Position numbers and translations under genes: made by a program. From NCBI RefSeq assembly GCF_006345805.1, contig NC_043004.1:10788001-10852000 (forward strand): a DNA stretch of 64,000 nucleotides, in the 5' to 3' direction. Below, piece by piece: positions 14,751 to 27,765 of this stretch. Position 1 is the first letter of the stretch, and the number at the start of each line of letters is the position of its first letter. Below the pieces are notes generated by a model. The model made no database searches, had not been told where the DNA came from, and saw only the letters and a list, made by a program, of their open reading frames with translations. This DNA is from Octopus sinensis (lineage: Eukaryota).

Positions 14751-15324
14751 CTTTTCACTTCCTTTATTCTTCCTATTTCCCTCTCATCACAAAAATAAGA
14801 GAAACATTTAAATTGTCAAATTAATTATTTTTCAACCATTTAATGTTCTCTTTGAAAAAGGAAGACAAAAAGGCCAAAAAACTAAACAAATAAAGAAACA
14901 AATAAATTTGGGAAAGCATACACGCGCGCATGCGCAAAAATTAACAGTTCGCCATTTAAAATGACTAGTTCGTCTGTCTCATTCAAAGACTGACATAGTA
15001 TATCTATTGGAAATAAAGTTATCTCCAAAGACTAGTTTGTTTGTCAGGAACCAGGAACGGAAAGTCTCAAAAGAATCATATGTCTATGAGAAATTTAGTA
15101 TTTGAAAATAAAATGAAATAAAATAAATAGGCTGTCTCTGTCATAAGTGGACTGTCCTCACAAATATATATCAAAAAATAAAACCAAACAAAATATCTTG
15201 TAATGATATTTTACACGCAAATTTTTTTATTTTGCGGCTGTTGCAGTCGTTGTTGGAGTTATTGTTGCTGTTGTTTCGTCTCATGTCCGGTCCTGACTCG
15301 GCTGGTCAGTGAACAATGACACTC

Positions 15325-15477
15325 CAGTTATCATCATCATCATTATCATCATCGCCACTATCATCGTCGTCATGATCGGTATCATCATCATCGTCATCAT
15401 CATCGTCATCATCATCATCACCACTATCATCATCGCCACTTACATCGTTGTCATGACCGGTATCATCATCATTGTCG

Positions 15478-15521
<44 letters not shown>

Positions 15522-15920
15522 GTCATCATCATCATCATCATCATCATCGTCGTCGTCATGATCATCATCATAATCATCGTCGTCGTCGTCGTCATCATCG
15601 TCTTCGTCGTCATCATCATCATCATCATCGTCGTCATCATCATCATCATCCTCATCCTCATCATCATCATCGTCATCATCATCATATCTTCATCATCACT
15701 ATCATCATCGCCACTAACATCGTCGTCGACATGATCGGTATCATCATCATTTTCATCATCATGATCATCATCATTGTCTTCCATCATCGTCATCATCGTC
15801 ATTTTGATCGTCATCGTCATCGTCACCACCCTTGTCTTAATCGTCAACCTTCTCATCATCGTCATCATTACCATTCGTTGTTATAATAATCATTAGCACC
15901 GTCATCGTTATCATCATTAT
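15325..15920. repeat. Degenerate (CAT/CGT)n trinucleotide tract with higher-order units
   Basis: ATCATCGCCACT...CATGA[T/C]CGGTATCATC recurs at ~15350, 15430 and 15705. Confidence 0.9.
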
Positions 15921-16019
15921 CGTAATTCCATCTCGTCTCAAATTTCAGACACACACACATTATCACTGGGATCATATACAATGCGTGATTCCATTTTTAA
16001 GAGAAAATTATTCATATAG

Positions 16020-16622
16020 ACGCAGGTGTGACTGTGTGGTAAGAAGCTAGCTTTCCAACCACATGAGTTGCGGGCTCAGTCTCACAGCGTAGCACCTTGG
16101 GCCAAAGGTTTGTGAGTGGATTTGGTAGGCGGAAACTGACAGAAGGCCGCCGTGTACATATATATATATATAGGGACAATTCTTTAAAAAAAAGCAAAAG
16201 TCGAAGACAGGTGGTGTAGACAACAAACCTATGTATTAGTTTAACGCTTGGGAAGTGAAAAAGTCTTTAACGTCTCGAGCCTACGCTCTTCCACAGAAAG
16301 GAACACGGAAAGAAACAAGGAGAGAAAATTTAAAAAAAAATGTCTAGTGGTTAGCGATCTATCATGGCGATATATATATATATATACATATACATATGTA
16401 TATATGTATATATTTGTGTGTATGTGTCTGTGTTTGTCCCCCTCCATCGCTTGACTATCGATGTTGGTGTGTTTAGTTCCCCGTAGCATAGCGGTTCGGC
16501 AAAAGAGTTCGATAGAATAAGTACCAAGCTTACAAAGAATAAGTCTAGGGTGGATTTCTTCGACTAAAAAGGTAGAGCTCCAGCATGGCCACAGTAAAAA
16601 ATGACTGAAACAAGTAAAAGAA
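16020..16622 (+). mobile_element. SINE-A split by family C element
   Basis: Head at 16020-16170, tail at 16370-16622. Confidence 0.85.
16172..16370 (-). mobile_element. Family C element inserted in the TA tract of a SINE-A; degenerate hammerhead-like motif at 16265-16300
   Basis: Minus strand reads CTTT-CTGTGGA-A-GAGC-GTAG-GCTC-GAGA-CGTT-AAAG; homologous to 17830-18047. Confidence 0.55.
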
Positions 16623-17020
16623 CTTATTTATTTAGTTATTAATGAATGAATGAATTAATTTGTCGTTAGTAAGATTTGGCTGCTCGTATTTGAAGGTCAC
16701 TTGTCTCTATACTGGCTTGTTTGCTACATTCTGTAAATGTTTCAGCCGTATTCGATTAAACGAGACTGTTAGTGCTTACTCAATACTTATTTGCATTAAG
16801 ACTGTAGTATTAATTAATTAATTAATTAATTAATTACTTGATGTATTGATTTATTTATTTCATGTAGCAACTTTTGGCTACTCTTTTTGCAGGTCATTGG
16901 ACACCATACATGTTTCCTTGCTCGCTTCTCTAAAAGTTTCATTCAATTAATAGGAGACTGATGTACTTACTCAATTCATATATGCTTTAAGGACTCTGAA
17001 AGAGATAAGCATACTTTTAA

Positions 17021-17226
17021 GGTTACGATGACCTACCCGTGTTTCCGCTGCTTTGAGTATGGGCAGCTGCATATACAACCGGGAATAATTTTATGTGCAG
17101 CTGCGTTCAGATTCTTTCAACCAGCTTGGCTGAAGCGAACTCGAAGCTTCACAGAAAATTATGCCCGGCTGCATGTGCAACTGCTCATATTCTGTGCAAT
17201 GGAAACACGAGTAGGTTGCCGTAACC
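17021..17226. mobile_element. MITE-like imperfect inverted repeat
   Basis: GGTTACGATGACCTACCCGTGTTTCC...ATAATTTTATGTG pairs with CACAGAAAATTATGCCCGG...GGAAACACGAGTAGGTTGCCGTAACC. Confidence 0.7.
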
Positions 17227-17829
17227 ATAAAAAATATGCTGTATAACATTGTAAATAAAAGAAAATAAATGTTGAGGTTTTACCAATTTCCATATTCTCT
17301 ATCGTTATAATTACTGCTAATAGACACTCCAGATAATATTACTATCCACTGAAGCGAACACAGAGTTACTCATTGGAGGAATTTACCGCGTGAGAGACAA
17401 CTCCTAGTAGTCATAGACGTGAAATACTAATAGATGCTGTTAACTGTAACCTGTAACACAGCTGAGGGCTACCACGGTATCCGATCGGATGATATACCGC
17501 TCTGAACTCACATGGTGCACTAAAAGAAAAAAACAACAAAAAAAACACACGAATACGAAGACAAGATACAAATAAACAACAGACCGATTGATTTTGGTTT
17601 ACGCTCAGTAAACGGAGAGCGAAATGTCTTTTATATTCGAGCATACGATCTTCTACAGAAAGTAAAGAATAGATGATAAAAAAATTGACATATAATAGAA
17701 CAAACTCGTGTTAATAAGGCAATCACCGAATACATGCATGTACTGCATGTATTTATGTATGACTGTACGTATTTATACATGTATGTGTGTATTCATGCAT
17801 GTATGTACGTTTGTAAGTAAGTACATATA

Positions 17830-18047
17830 TAGATCGCCATGTTGATTCGTTAGCTACTGCACGCATTTTTTTTCTCTCCTTCTTTCTGTGTTTTTCTCTC
17901 TCTGTGTATCTTTCTGTTGAAGAGCGTAGGCTCGAAACGTTAAACACTTGTTTTATTTATATTTCCTGAGCGCCATACTAATACAATTGTTCGTTTGTTT
18001 TCCACCTGCCTTCGTCTTTTGTTTATTTTCATAAAGCTTCCCGTTAT
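17830..18047 (+). mobile_element. Family C element; hammerhead-like motif at 17911-17944
   Basis: TTT-CTGTTGA-A-GAGC-GTAG-GCTC-GAAA-CGTT-AAA; flanked by TA repeats. Confidence 0.55.
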
Positions 18048-18070
18048 ATATATATATGTATATACATACA

Positions 18071-18103
<33 letters not shown>

Positions 18104-18594
18104 TTCATATACATGCACACACGTATGGTAAAGAGACGCAGGGCGCTATAGTTATTTCAGCACTTTACATGATTACAGCTTAATTCACTGTGAAGATCAA
18201 TATATGTCTCAAGATAGAAACTATAATTATTATACTGATGCTTTCCTCTATCATCCCATTGAATATACATCTTGAGAGATCCACCAAGGAATTTAGTAAT
18301 ATATATGTTCCAGTGGTATAGCTCTGAAGTTTAGCTTAGAATAATTTAATGGTTTCGTTTTAAGGATATCCATGATCGGCTGGAATATATACCAATGCCA
18401 ATTAACAAGCAATGATACGAAATTATTGAAAGAATTTCCATTTGATTGATAACGGTTGCCAAATGTGGTGTTTATTTTTATTTATAGCAAATGAGAAATG
18501 TATAAATTATATATAATTTATATACATTTCATCGAAGTAAAAACGAGAAAATTGTAAAATACCGATGAACTGTTGTCGCAAAGGTACTGCAATG

Positions 18595-18980
18595 TAGTTT
18601 CAAAGTTCGCTTTGAAATCACATAATTTTGGGTTCAATCCCGTTTTGCGGCACTTTGAGGAAAGAAGATTTTCGGCTATAGCCCCGGAGTTGCCATTGTT
18701 TTGTGAATCTTGTCGACGGAAAGTAAACGGAAGTCTGTTGTATATATATGAGTACGTTTATGTGTATCTTTGTCTTTATGCCGTGTCTGTTCCACTCCAG
18801 AAGTTGACATCCGTTGTTAGTTTGCTTACATCCTCGAAAACTAGCGTCTCGGCAAATGAGAATGATGTAATAGGTATCAGACTTTAGAACAAAACAATGT
18901 ACTGGTGTCAATATGTTCGACTAAACCTTTGAAGGTGGTGCCCCAGCATGATCGCAGTCCAATGACTGAAACAAAAAATA
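18595..18980 (+). mobile_element. Old diverged SINE-A-like copy
   Basis: Recognisable GGGTTCAATCCC, CTATAGCCCCGG and GGTGCCCCAGCATGATCGCAGTCCAATGACTGAAAC. A partial diverged copy also lies at ~30790-31330. Confidence 0.6.
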
Positions 18981-19296
18981 GGGCAAAGATAAAACCTAAC
19001 AACTAAAAACATTTGCACGGCAATCTTCGACATCACGTGATTAGACACTTGCCGTGAAGAAAGCAATACACGTTTCCTCTAACAGAAGATAATGGCGGAA
19101 GTAGTGCGAAAAATATAAGTCACATTTTCTGAATTTAGCACTCTAGTGTCGAACGACACTTGCATAAAATTGTTCGCTACAGGAAAATAAAAGACACAAT
19201 GGTCACAGGTGGAATGTCCTAGTGCAATGTTTACACGTTCAGAACTATTCTTGTTGGAAAATATCAACATTATCATTATCATTAATTATTTACATT

Positions 19297-19746
19297 ACGC
19301 AGGAGTGGCTGTGTGGTAAGTAGCTTGCTAACGAACCACATGTTTCCGGGTTCAGTCCCACTGCGTGGCATCTTGGGCAAGTGTCTTCTGCTATAGCCTC
19401 GGGCCGACCAAAGCCTTGTGAGTGGATTTGGTAGACGGAAACTGAAAGAAGCCCGTCGTATATATGTATGTATATATATATATGTATATATATATATATA
19501 CATATATATATATGCGTGTGCGTGTATATTTGTGTGTTTGTGTTTGTCCCCCAAGCATTGCTTGACAACCGATGCTGGTGTGTTTATGTCCCCGTTACTT
19601 AGCGGTTCGGCAAAAGAGACCGATAGAATAAGTACTGGGCTTACAAAGAATAAGTCCCGGGGTCGAGTTGCTCGACTAAAGGCGGTGCTCCAGCATGGCC
19701 GCAGTCAACTAACTGAAACAAGTAAAAGAGTAAAAGAGTAAAAGAG
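19297..19746 (+). mobile_element. SINE-A, full length, flanked by ATTATTTACATT direct repeat
   Basis: The 12 bp duplication sits at 19285-19296 and 19748-19759. Confidence 0.9.
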
Positions 19747-19976
19747 TATTATTTACATTCGACGGACATTGGTACTCACCTTGTTTGTGAGCATATGGCG
19801 TAGTGGTTAAGAACGCGGGCTACTAACCCCAATGTTTCGAGTTTGATTCCAAGCAATGACCTGAACAACAACATCAACAGCAACAACAACAACAACAACA
19901 ACAACAGCAACAACAACAACAACAGCAACAACAGCAACAACAATAATAATAATAACAACATCGAAAAATACCTTAG

Positions 19977-19999
19977 ACTTACGGCCATATATTGATAGC

Positions 20000-20030
<31 letters not shown>

Positions 20031-20093
20031 AACATCGAGCCTAGTTAGCACTTAGATGGGTGACCACTTGGGAAACCTAGGTGGTGTAAGCAT
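19977..20093 (+). pseudogene. 5S rRNA-derived copy (near full length, diverged)
   Basis: ACTTACGGCCATAT...GGTTCTCGTCCGATCACCGAAGTTAAGCAACATCGAGCCTAGTTAGCACTTAGATGGGTGACCACTTGGGAAACCTAGGTGGTGTAAGC matches the animal 5S consensus, including box A/IE/box C region. It has a small deletion near the 5' end, is a single copy and lies inside a SINE. Confidence 0.9.
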
Positions 20094-20107
20094 TCCATTA
20101 CATTATA

Positions 20108-20270
20108 GGCGCAGGTGTGGCTGTGTGGTAAGTAGCTTGCTTACCAACCACATGGTTCTGGGGTCAGTCCCACTGCGTGGCACCTTGGGCAGGTGTCTTC
20201 TACCATAGCCTCGGGCCGACCAAACACTTGTGAGTGGATTTGGTAGACGGAAACAGAAAGAAACCCGTCG

Positions 20271-20312
<42 letters not shown>

Positions 20313-20315
20313 CGT

Positions 20316-20354
<39 letters not shown>

Positions 20355-20568
20355 TGTGTCTGAATTTGTCCCCCCAACATCGCTTGACAACCGATGCTGG
20401 TGTGTTTACATCACCGTAACTTAGCGGTTCGGTAAAACAGACCGGTAGAATAAGTACTAGGCTTACAAAGAATAAGTTCTGGGGTCGATTTGCTCGACTA
20501 AAGGCGGTGCTCCAGCATGGCCGCAGTCAAATGACTGAAACAAATAAAAAAGTAAAAGAGTAAAAGAG
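20108..20568 (+). mobile_element. SINE-A, full length, immediately downstream of 5S copy
   Basis: GGCGCAGGTGTGGCTGTGTGG...GTAAAAGAG. Confidence 0.9.
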
Positions 20569-20603
20569 TTAGGAATGAGAACCCAGGTTCGAAATTTCCC
20601 CAA

Positions 20604-20649
20604 GACACCTGAAGGAGGCTGGAGGGTATATCAGCCGAAACGTTGTGCT
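20604..20649 (+). ncRNA. Minimal hammerhead-like motif in SINE-B tail
   Basis: GACAC-CTGAAGG-A-GGCTG-GAGGGTATAT-CAGCC-GAAA-CGTT-GTGCT. The sister copy (29717-29752, minus) has canonical CTGAAGA but stem II is deleted. Confidence 0.55.
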
Positions 20650-21143
20650 AAAAACAAACAAGATGAGGACAAATATCCGTTGAATGTAAATAATGTAAAT
20701 AATGTAAATAATGTACATAAATCCTCATCTCTTAAATATGGAACTGTATTATCATTACTATTCATCCGACTTACCTGAAGATCATTTGTTTGGATATCAT
20801 TTTCTATGATGATTGATTGTTTCAGTCTTCTCTTGAATCTCAGAATTCATTGAACCTAGGAAGCCAGTGATTATTAAACAAAAGTCTTTTTGCTTCGCTT
20901 TTCTTTCTAAGGCGTTGTCTCCTTTTCGAAGTTTCTGTCAATTTATATGGATATTAAGTGCGTAGCTCAGCTCTATTCAACATGTCATATGCTGGGTGAG
21001 CTACAGGTTATGCGAAAAATGATATCAGTCAGACGAAAAACGAAATGGAATACAAAACTCCATTCCTCCTAACTTAGTGTCATAACAACATAATAAAATT
21101 TCTGTCAGCTATTGGTTGGTATAGTAATTAATAGCCCAAAGTA

Positions 21144-21188
<45 letters not shown>

Positions 21189-23478
21189 CCAGACAGAGAA
21201 AGTAAGTGAGAGAGAGAAGGAGAGACAGAGACAGAAAGAGAAAGTGAAAGCGAGAAAGGAATTTATTTTATTATCATTTGTTAACCTTTTAGTTAAATTT
21301 GGAACAAATATTTCAACCAACTGCGTAACTGCAAATGTGGATATAAAAAATCACTACATATATATATATATATATATATTGTTTTGTAATCCATTAGAGT
21401 TTTTGTTAATATTTTTTCCTAAATATTTTTTATTATGTGTATCAGATACGGAGTGGGTGGTTCGCTCGACTGTTACAGCTATATTCGATTAAGCATCGGT
21501 TTTACTCATAACTCATAGCAAAATTAAAATCACCAGAAATCATCGGTTTAAACTTGCTTGACTGGAATTACCAGCCTGAGATGATTTCGTTGGCTAGGTT
21601 GAAACTACCGGTTGGAAAATTTCGTCGCATTGCTGATGTTTGTTTTCTTTTTGTTATTGTTTTTCTGGGTGATAATGTTAGTGATGATGGTGACAGTAAT
21701 ATTCCTTGATCGATGCAACTTATTTTCACATGCATTACAGCCTGGCCATTCAGTTTGATTTTAAAAAACACGATGCATCTAGGATTAGGTAATTGAACAT
21801 ATCCTGCATTTAATAAAACCGTAGTAGTTTGAGATTTGAGGAAGATTTAGCTTCTATGAATAGCTAATTCAACGACCACAAAGTCTTTTCGTCAGTTAGC
21901 TCATGACGTTGATGTTAGTTTAATAATTTCGATATGGTAGCAAGAAAATTGTAGGTGGAGTAACTTATAATGATTTTGCAATCAGAATATTACTCGTAAC
22001 ACGTTTGACAATCTTCTTTGTTTTAGAATACAGCAATTACAATTAAACAACATCGTTCATAGCTATAAATATCTACGCTGATCTGATGAGCTTTAAGATT
22101 TCAGAAGTCCACATGATACCTGAAAATTAAAAAATTTTTTTTTAAAGGACGATAATTAATAATTTCATGGCAAAACTAAGTATTTTCTTAAAATGACTTC
22201 TTTTCTGTGAAAATCACTAACAGATTTTGCTTCTCGTTTTTCTTTTCTTTAGTTGAATAAGAGGCATATTTAAATCTAATACTAATATTTTGCATATGTC
22301 ATTCAGTGCATCGCGACCTATCGTATTCATCAAAATTCATGCCTTGAGTCTATTTTACTTACTTCCCTTAGTAAGTAGAATCTTGTTTCAAAGATCTTAA
22401 GATGAAAGGATGTGAGTTGAATCCATTACTGCAAACTAGGTTCATGGATAGATCTAATAGCAGCAGTATCTATAGGAGTAACAATAGCATCAACAACAAC
22501 CGCAATATCTAAAAATAAAGAATTAAACAACAAAAGCTGAAACAATTACAATAACATCAGAAACGATAAAAGGAACTCAACATACTTCGTAAAGTCGATA
22601 AAGAGGAACGAAATAGCGATAAAAGCAATGTTATGCTCAGTGAAACTTAGGAGAGAAAGATCAATAACAGTAATGGCAAGAACATTGCAATGAATGAGAT
22701 CTTGTGAGGAATTTTCAGCCACTAGATATAGCAGCCAAATTTTATTAAATCGCTTTCTGTTGCCTTAGAAAATTAGCACGAGGATTATATCCAAAAGGAA
22801 AAAAGGTAAACAGCAAAAGTAGTACGAGATAAAGAGCAATAGCAAGCAGTACAGGAAAACCGTGCCACAGCAAATGGCAGTAAACGGTACAAGACTGGAA
22901 TACATATTATTAATCACATCACTTCTGTCATTATCACGTTAAACATGGGAAATAAGATCGACAATAACTTCAACAAACGATTAAACGAGAGTCATTTGGC
23001 CTTCTAGAAATAGTCGGCAAATCTTCCTCATATCACATACTATTCTTTTCCTAACAGGCGACAGTGGATGATGTAGTGAGATGCAATATTACTGTCCATG
23101 TTTTGATGTGTTTCTATGCGGGAGGTAATAAGAAATTTGATGTTCCCAGATTTATCATTCATCACCAGGAAAGGACAAATGTTTTAAAAGAGAAATTTAG
23201 GTTGTACTGAGAAGATATAAGGGAATAACTAAAAGAGAACTAAGAGAGGATTCAGATGTAATCATCCGAAGTGAGTATAATATGGCGGAACAAATGAAAG
23301 GGATTTTATAAACTGAATACATCTACTCTGTAATATAATAACACTGAATGCAAGTGACGACGTTCAGGATGTAACTGTATGAATATGAAAATGGAGACCA
23401 CTGGACTCTGTCACACATGTCCGTCAGCCTCCGTTTGTACATTCATAGAGTTATATTTTATCACACTTTTTATTTATG

Positions 23479-23853
23479 ACTAGCAGTATCGCCCGGCGTT
23501 GCTCGGGTTTGTAAGGGAAATAACTATAAAGCATTTTTAGAGAGTTATAGCCAAAAAATGGTAAAAAAATTATGGTAAATTTTTTTAGTTAAAAAGGTCG
23601 AGTTGCGTCCCCTAGACAGTCTGTGGTTTGTGTTTCTGATTCTCGACCCCGTGTCGAATTTATCGATTTTTTTTCAGAACTGGGGGAACTTTTCAAAATT
23701 TTCGCTGCGTTAGTTTTGAATTATGACATTGGGCTATGAGTGTGTCAAGTTTCATCAGAATCGGTTGAAAGCCGTGGTCAGGGTGAGGGTACAACCTAAC
23801 AGACACACAGAAACACACACAGACAAACTGCCGTTTATATATAGAGAGAAGAT
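23479..23853 (+). mobile_element. Non-autonomous Helitron-like element (DINE-1/Lep1/HINE-type architecture)
   Basis: Starts ACTAGCAGTATCGCCCGGCGTTGCTCGGG (5' CCCG..CGGG hairpin), has an ACAG/ACAC microsatellite near the 3' end, and ends TTTATATATAGAGAGAAGAT. Confidence 0.55.
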
Positions 23854-24024
23854 TACCAATCGATAATGATTCTTTGATAGCTATAATCCAGTCAAATTTC
23901 TCATTTGCTCGTTGACTCTTTTTTCGAATAATTTTTTTAAACAGCAGTATCGGAAGAGGATACCTCCAACCCACCTCAATGGACTTTTAAGAACCCCTTT
24001 CAATTAATTGATACATACACACAA

Positions 24025-24060
<36 letters not shown>

Positions 24061-24061
<1 letters not shown>

Positions 24062-24470
24062 GGTGTAGGATTGACGGTGTGGTAAGTAGGTTGCTTACGA
24101 ATCACATGGTTCCGGGTTCAGTCCCAGTGCGTGGCAACTTGGGCAGATGTCTTCTACTATAGCCTCGGGCCGACCAAAGCCTTGTGAGTGGATTTGGTAG
24201 ATGGAAACTGAAAGAAGCCCGTCGTATATATGTATATATATATGTATGTGTGTGTGTATATGTTTGTGTGTCTGTGTCCCCCCCCCAACATCGCTTGACA
24301 ACCGATGCTGGTGTGTTTACGTCCCCGTAACTTAGCGGTTCGGCAAAATAGACCGATAGAATAAGTACTAGGCTTACAAAGAATAAGTCCTGGAGTCGAT
24401 TTGCTCGACTAAAGGCGGTGCTCCAGCATGGCCACAGCCAAATGACTGAAACAAGTAAATGGGTAAAAGT
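24061..24470 (+). mobile_element. SINE-A, full length
   Basis: Head, TA/TG tract and tail homologous to the other copies. Confidence 0.9.
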
Positions 24471-25099
24471 ATAATATATTATTTAATTTTTCTTGAGTGC
24501 ATTTTCTAAATAAAAGGCATTATCATCTAAGCTTTATTACCTTTGATTAGGGTCTCCTCGATTAGCGTTGATCTGTAGCTAATGAAAAGTTATAAGTATT
24601 TCTATCCACAATAAAAAAAAAGGAACAGTAATACACAAGGATAATTAAATTGACTACCTCTATTTCTATAATAACTTATGATGATTACTAAATTAAAAAC
24701 AGAATTAGATATTTTCGTGATGAGTTATAGCCCAATTTAGTTTACACTAGTTTTTGACTAATACTTTCTTTTAAAAACACCGTAATGAGGAAAAGTAAAG
24801 TCGACTTGCATCTAAGTAATAACAGCAACATTCCAACAACAATTACAAAGTTAACATATTTTGTTTATATAAATAATTAGGGAATCAAAATTCTATCGAC
24901 AATTATTACAAAAAGCACAATAACAAAACAAATGTGATAATGAAGAATAAAGCAGGAGAGACGATGGAAGCAATAATATGACTGAGTTCTGAAAATAATG
25001 GCCGTTCTATGTGTTGTGTTTAGAAACGCAATTTTATCATAGTATTTTAATTATATTTTAGGTGAATTTTGGCATACTTAATAATTGATGTATGCTCTT

Positions 25100-25680
25100 T
25101 AAGCAAAAAGCACGGCATTTTGAAGTGTGCTGGATGGTCTTTCTGCGAAACACCAACGATCATTTTCTTGACCGAATAGACACTTGTGACGAAAAGTGGA
25201 TCCTTTAGGATAACCGTAACCGATCAGTTCAATGGCTTGACGGTGATGAGTCCCCCAAACATTTCCCAAAGCCAAAGTTATATTAGCAAAAGATTATGGT
25301 GACTGTCTGGTGGTCTGCAATTGGTGTTGTCCAATTGGTGTTCTGCAGTTGGTGTTGTCCAGCTTTCTGCAAGCTAATCAGAGCATTACAGCAGAAGTTT
25401 TCTGCAATCAACTCGCTGAAATGCACGCTCACTTGCAAAAAATGAGACCTGCGTTGGTGAGTCGGCGTGGTCTAATTCTACTCCACGATAATGCAAAGCT
25501 ACATATTGCAAGAATGACGCTACAGAAACTCACAGACTTGGGATATGAGACTTTACCTCATCTTCCATATTATCTTGATCTTTCACCCACTGCCTACCCT
25601 TTTTTTAAGCATTAAAACACGTTTTTAATTGAGAAAACTTTTAGTGGAATCGGCTTTCAAATATTTCTTAGCAACAAATG
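25100..25680 (+). pseudogene. Mariner transposase catalytic-domain fragment
   Basis: FLDRIDTCDEKWIL*DNR, VTVWWSAIG, LLHDNAKLH, LPHLPYYLDLSPTAYPFFKH; multiple stops. Confidence 0.9.
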
Positions 25681-27569
25681 AAATTGAAATTTGATCGCGG
25701 CAGTATTTCGTAGAATACTGAGAACGAAATAAAAGCGGGAACTGAATAAAACAATGCATTTGTTCAACGCTCTAAAATTCTGCGAGCCTATCGTAATACG
25801 ACGACAAAATTGACAAGCATTTTGTAAGAAATGTCTGCTCTTTTGTGCTAGTTATCTCCATCTTGCTGGCAGAATCGTTAGTAAGTCAGATAAAATACTT
25901 GGCGGCATTTCGTTGGGCTGTTTAGAATCTGGGTTAAAGATTCCTGGAGGTCGACTCTGTCTTTCATCCCTTTGGGTTTAGCAAAGTAAGGACCAGTTGA
26001 ATGCTGGTGTTGTTGTCATTGACTTAGCTCTCACATTAAAATTGATAGCCTTGTACCAGCTTTGATTTTTCTTATTATATTCAAAATTTCATTATTCTGT
26101 GTCTATTTCTGTTGACAGTCAAGTATATTTTGAGGACTTTTTGACTGCATGTGATCGAGGAAAACATTAGCAAATAGCCGTTGTTTAGAAAAGTGACGAT
26201 TAATTGTTAGAAGAATACTATTGAAACTTGGGAGGGGCATTATACCGGTAATAATAAACATACGCACTGGTTTTGTCATTTATTGTTATTGTTTAGTATT
26301 GTTCGTGTTATTCTATTTTTTTTTGTCATAGGTTCAAAATGGAAGTAGAGAGAAGAGATTGCAAAAATGTGATGAAATAATTATTTGACAAAAAAAGAAA
26401 AATAGAAATAACAACACGAACAATACTGAACAATAACAATAAAGACAGAACCAGTGCATGCTTATTATTAGCGGCATTAATGCCCCTCGCAAGGTTCAAT
26501 GGTATTTCTTTCAACACACGAATTCACATCAAGAATCTTGCAAAGCAAATACAAATACGAACAGTTAGAAGAATATTAAACCTACTTCTCTGTAATTCCA
26601 CATAATATCTTTCAGATTTGTAGTCCTGTCTCGTTCAGTCTCTCAAAGCGAACATAGAATTTCACACTCGCACAGTATGTAATCTTACCAACATATATAC
26701 ATACAATCATGTTTGTGTGCGCATCCATGCACGTGTGTGAATGACTTTGTTTTTCGCTTTTTGCTGTATTACAATATTTCCTTAATTTATGACAATAAGG
26801 AATAACAAATAAAAAGGAAAATACAAAACAAAAAATGTCCGTCCTCTGAAATCTGAAGTCTCGTTGTAACTTGAACGAATTAAGAGTAAGAGCAGAGAGG
26901 TTTTTGTGTTGTAATTGGCACATATAAAATTATTCTTCGCCAACATCCTTCTAAAGGAATTGTATATATTATAATCTCGTTCATGTCGTCCTCCTTAGCT
27001 GAATATCTAAATGAGCATTTCCGTTTCAGAACATTATCCTGTATACAAGGTAAAATATATTTTATTTGAGTTGACCAAATCATAATCTCTTTACACGCCG
27101 TAACACTTGAAAACCATTTTTTATCTATACAAACACTACAACTTATATTAGTTATACGCAGTCGACCACCGACCTCGATCATTAACACTCACTTTAACAC
27201 TCAGGCCATTTATATAAGCTATATCACTTATACTATGCTTCCTTCGTTACTTTTGGTGTTGTTTATGTTGCTTTAAAAGCTGTTTCTATCCGAGGTTTAC
27301 AAATGTTATGCCTTACTGAGGAAACCTAATAAAAACGGAACATTCTCGATATTGTCTCCCATCCTTGCTAGATTAGTTAACAATATTAAGTAGGGCGGCG
27401 AGCCGGCAGAAACGTTAGCACGTCTGGCGAAATGCTTGGAAGTATTATGCACTGAGGTCGATGTAATCGACTTAATCCGTTTGTCTGTCCATGTTTGTCC
27501 CCACTATGTTTAGCCCCTTCTGGGTAATAAAGAAATAAATATTAATTTATTAATATTATCATCAGTATA

Positions 27570-27731
27570 GGCGTGGGAGTGGCTGTGTGGTAAGAAACTT
27601 GCTTACGAACCACATGGTTCCGGGTTCAGTCCTGCTGTGTGGCATCTTGGGCAAGTGTCTTCTACTATAGCCTCGGGCCGACCAAAGCCTTGTGAGTGGA
27701 TTTGGTAGACGGAAAGTGAAAGAAGCCCGTC

Positions 27732-27765
<34 letters not shown>

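Larger units (their letters stand above)
19795..20750 (+). mobile_element. tRNA-headed SINE (family B) with (AAC/AAT)n linker and hammerhead-like tail, split by a 5S+SINE insertion
   Basis: Head GGCGTAGTGGTTAAGAACGCGGGCTACTAACCCC...GAGTTTGATTCC has A and B boxes. The body stops at AATACCTTAG (19976) and resumes at TTAGGAATGAGAACCC (20569). The intact junction CCTAAGG/GGAATGAG is seen in the minus copy at ~29770. Confidence 0.8.

Noticed and set aside
19795-19865. Functional tRNA gene (also other SINE heads)
   Set aside because: These are tRNA-like heads attached to SINE bodies, without intact acceptor stems.
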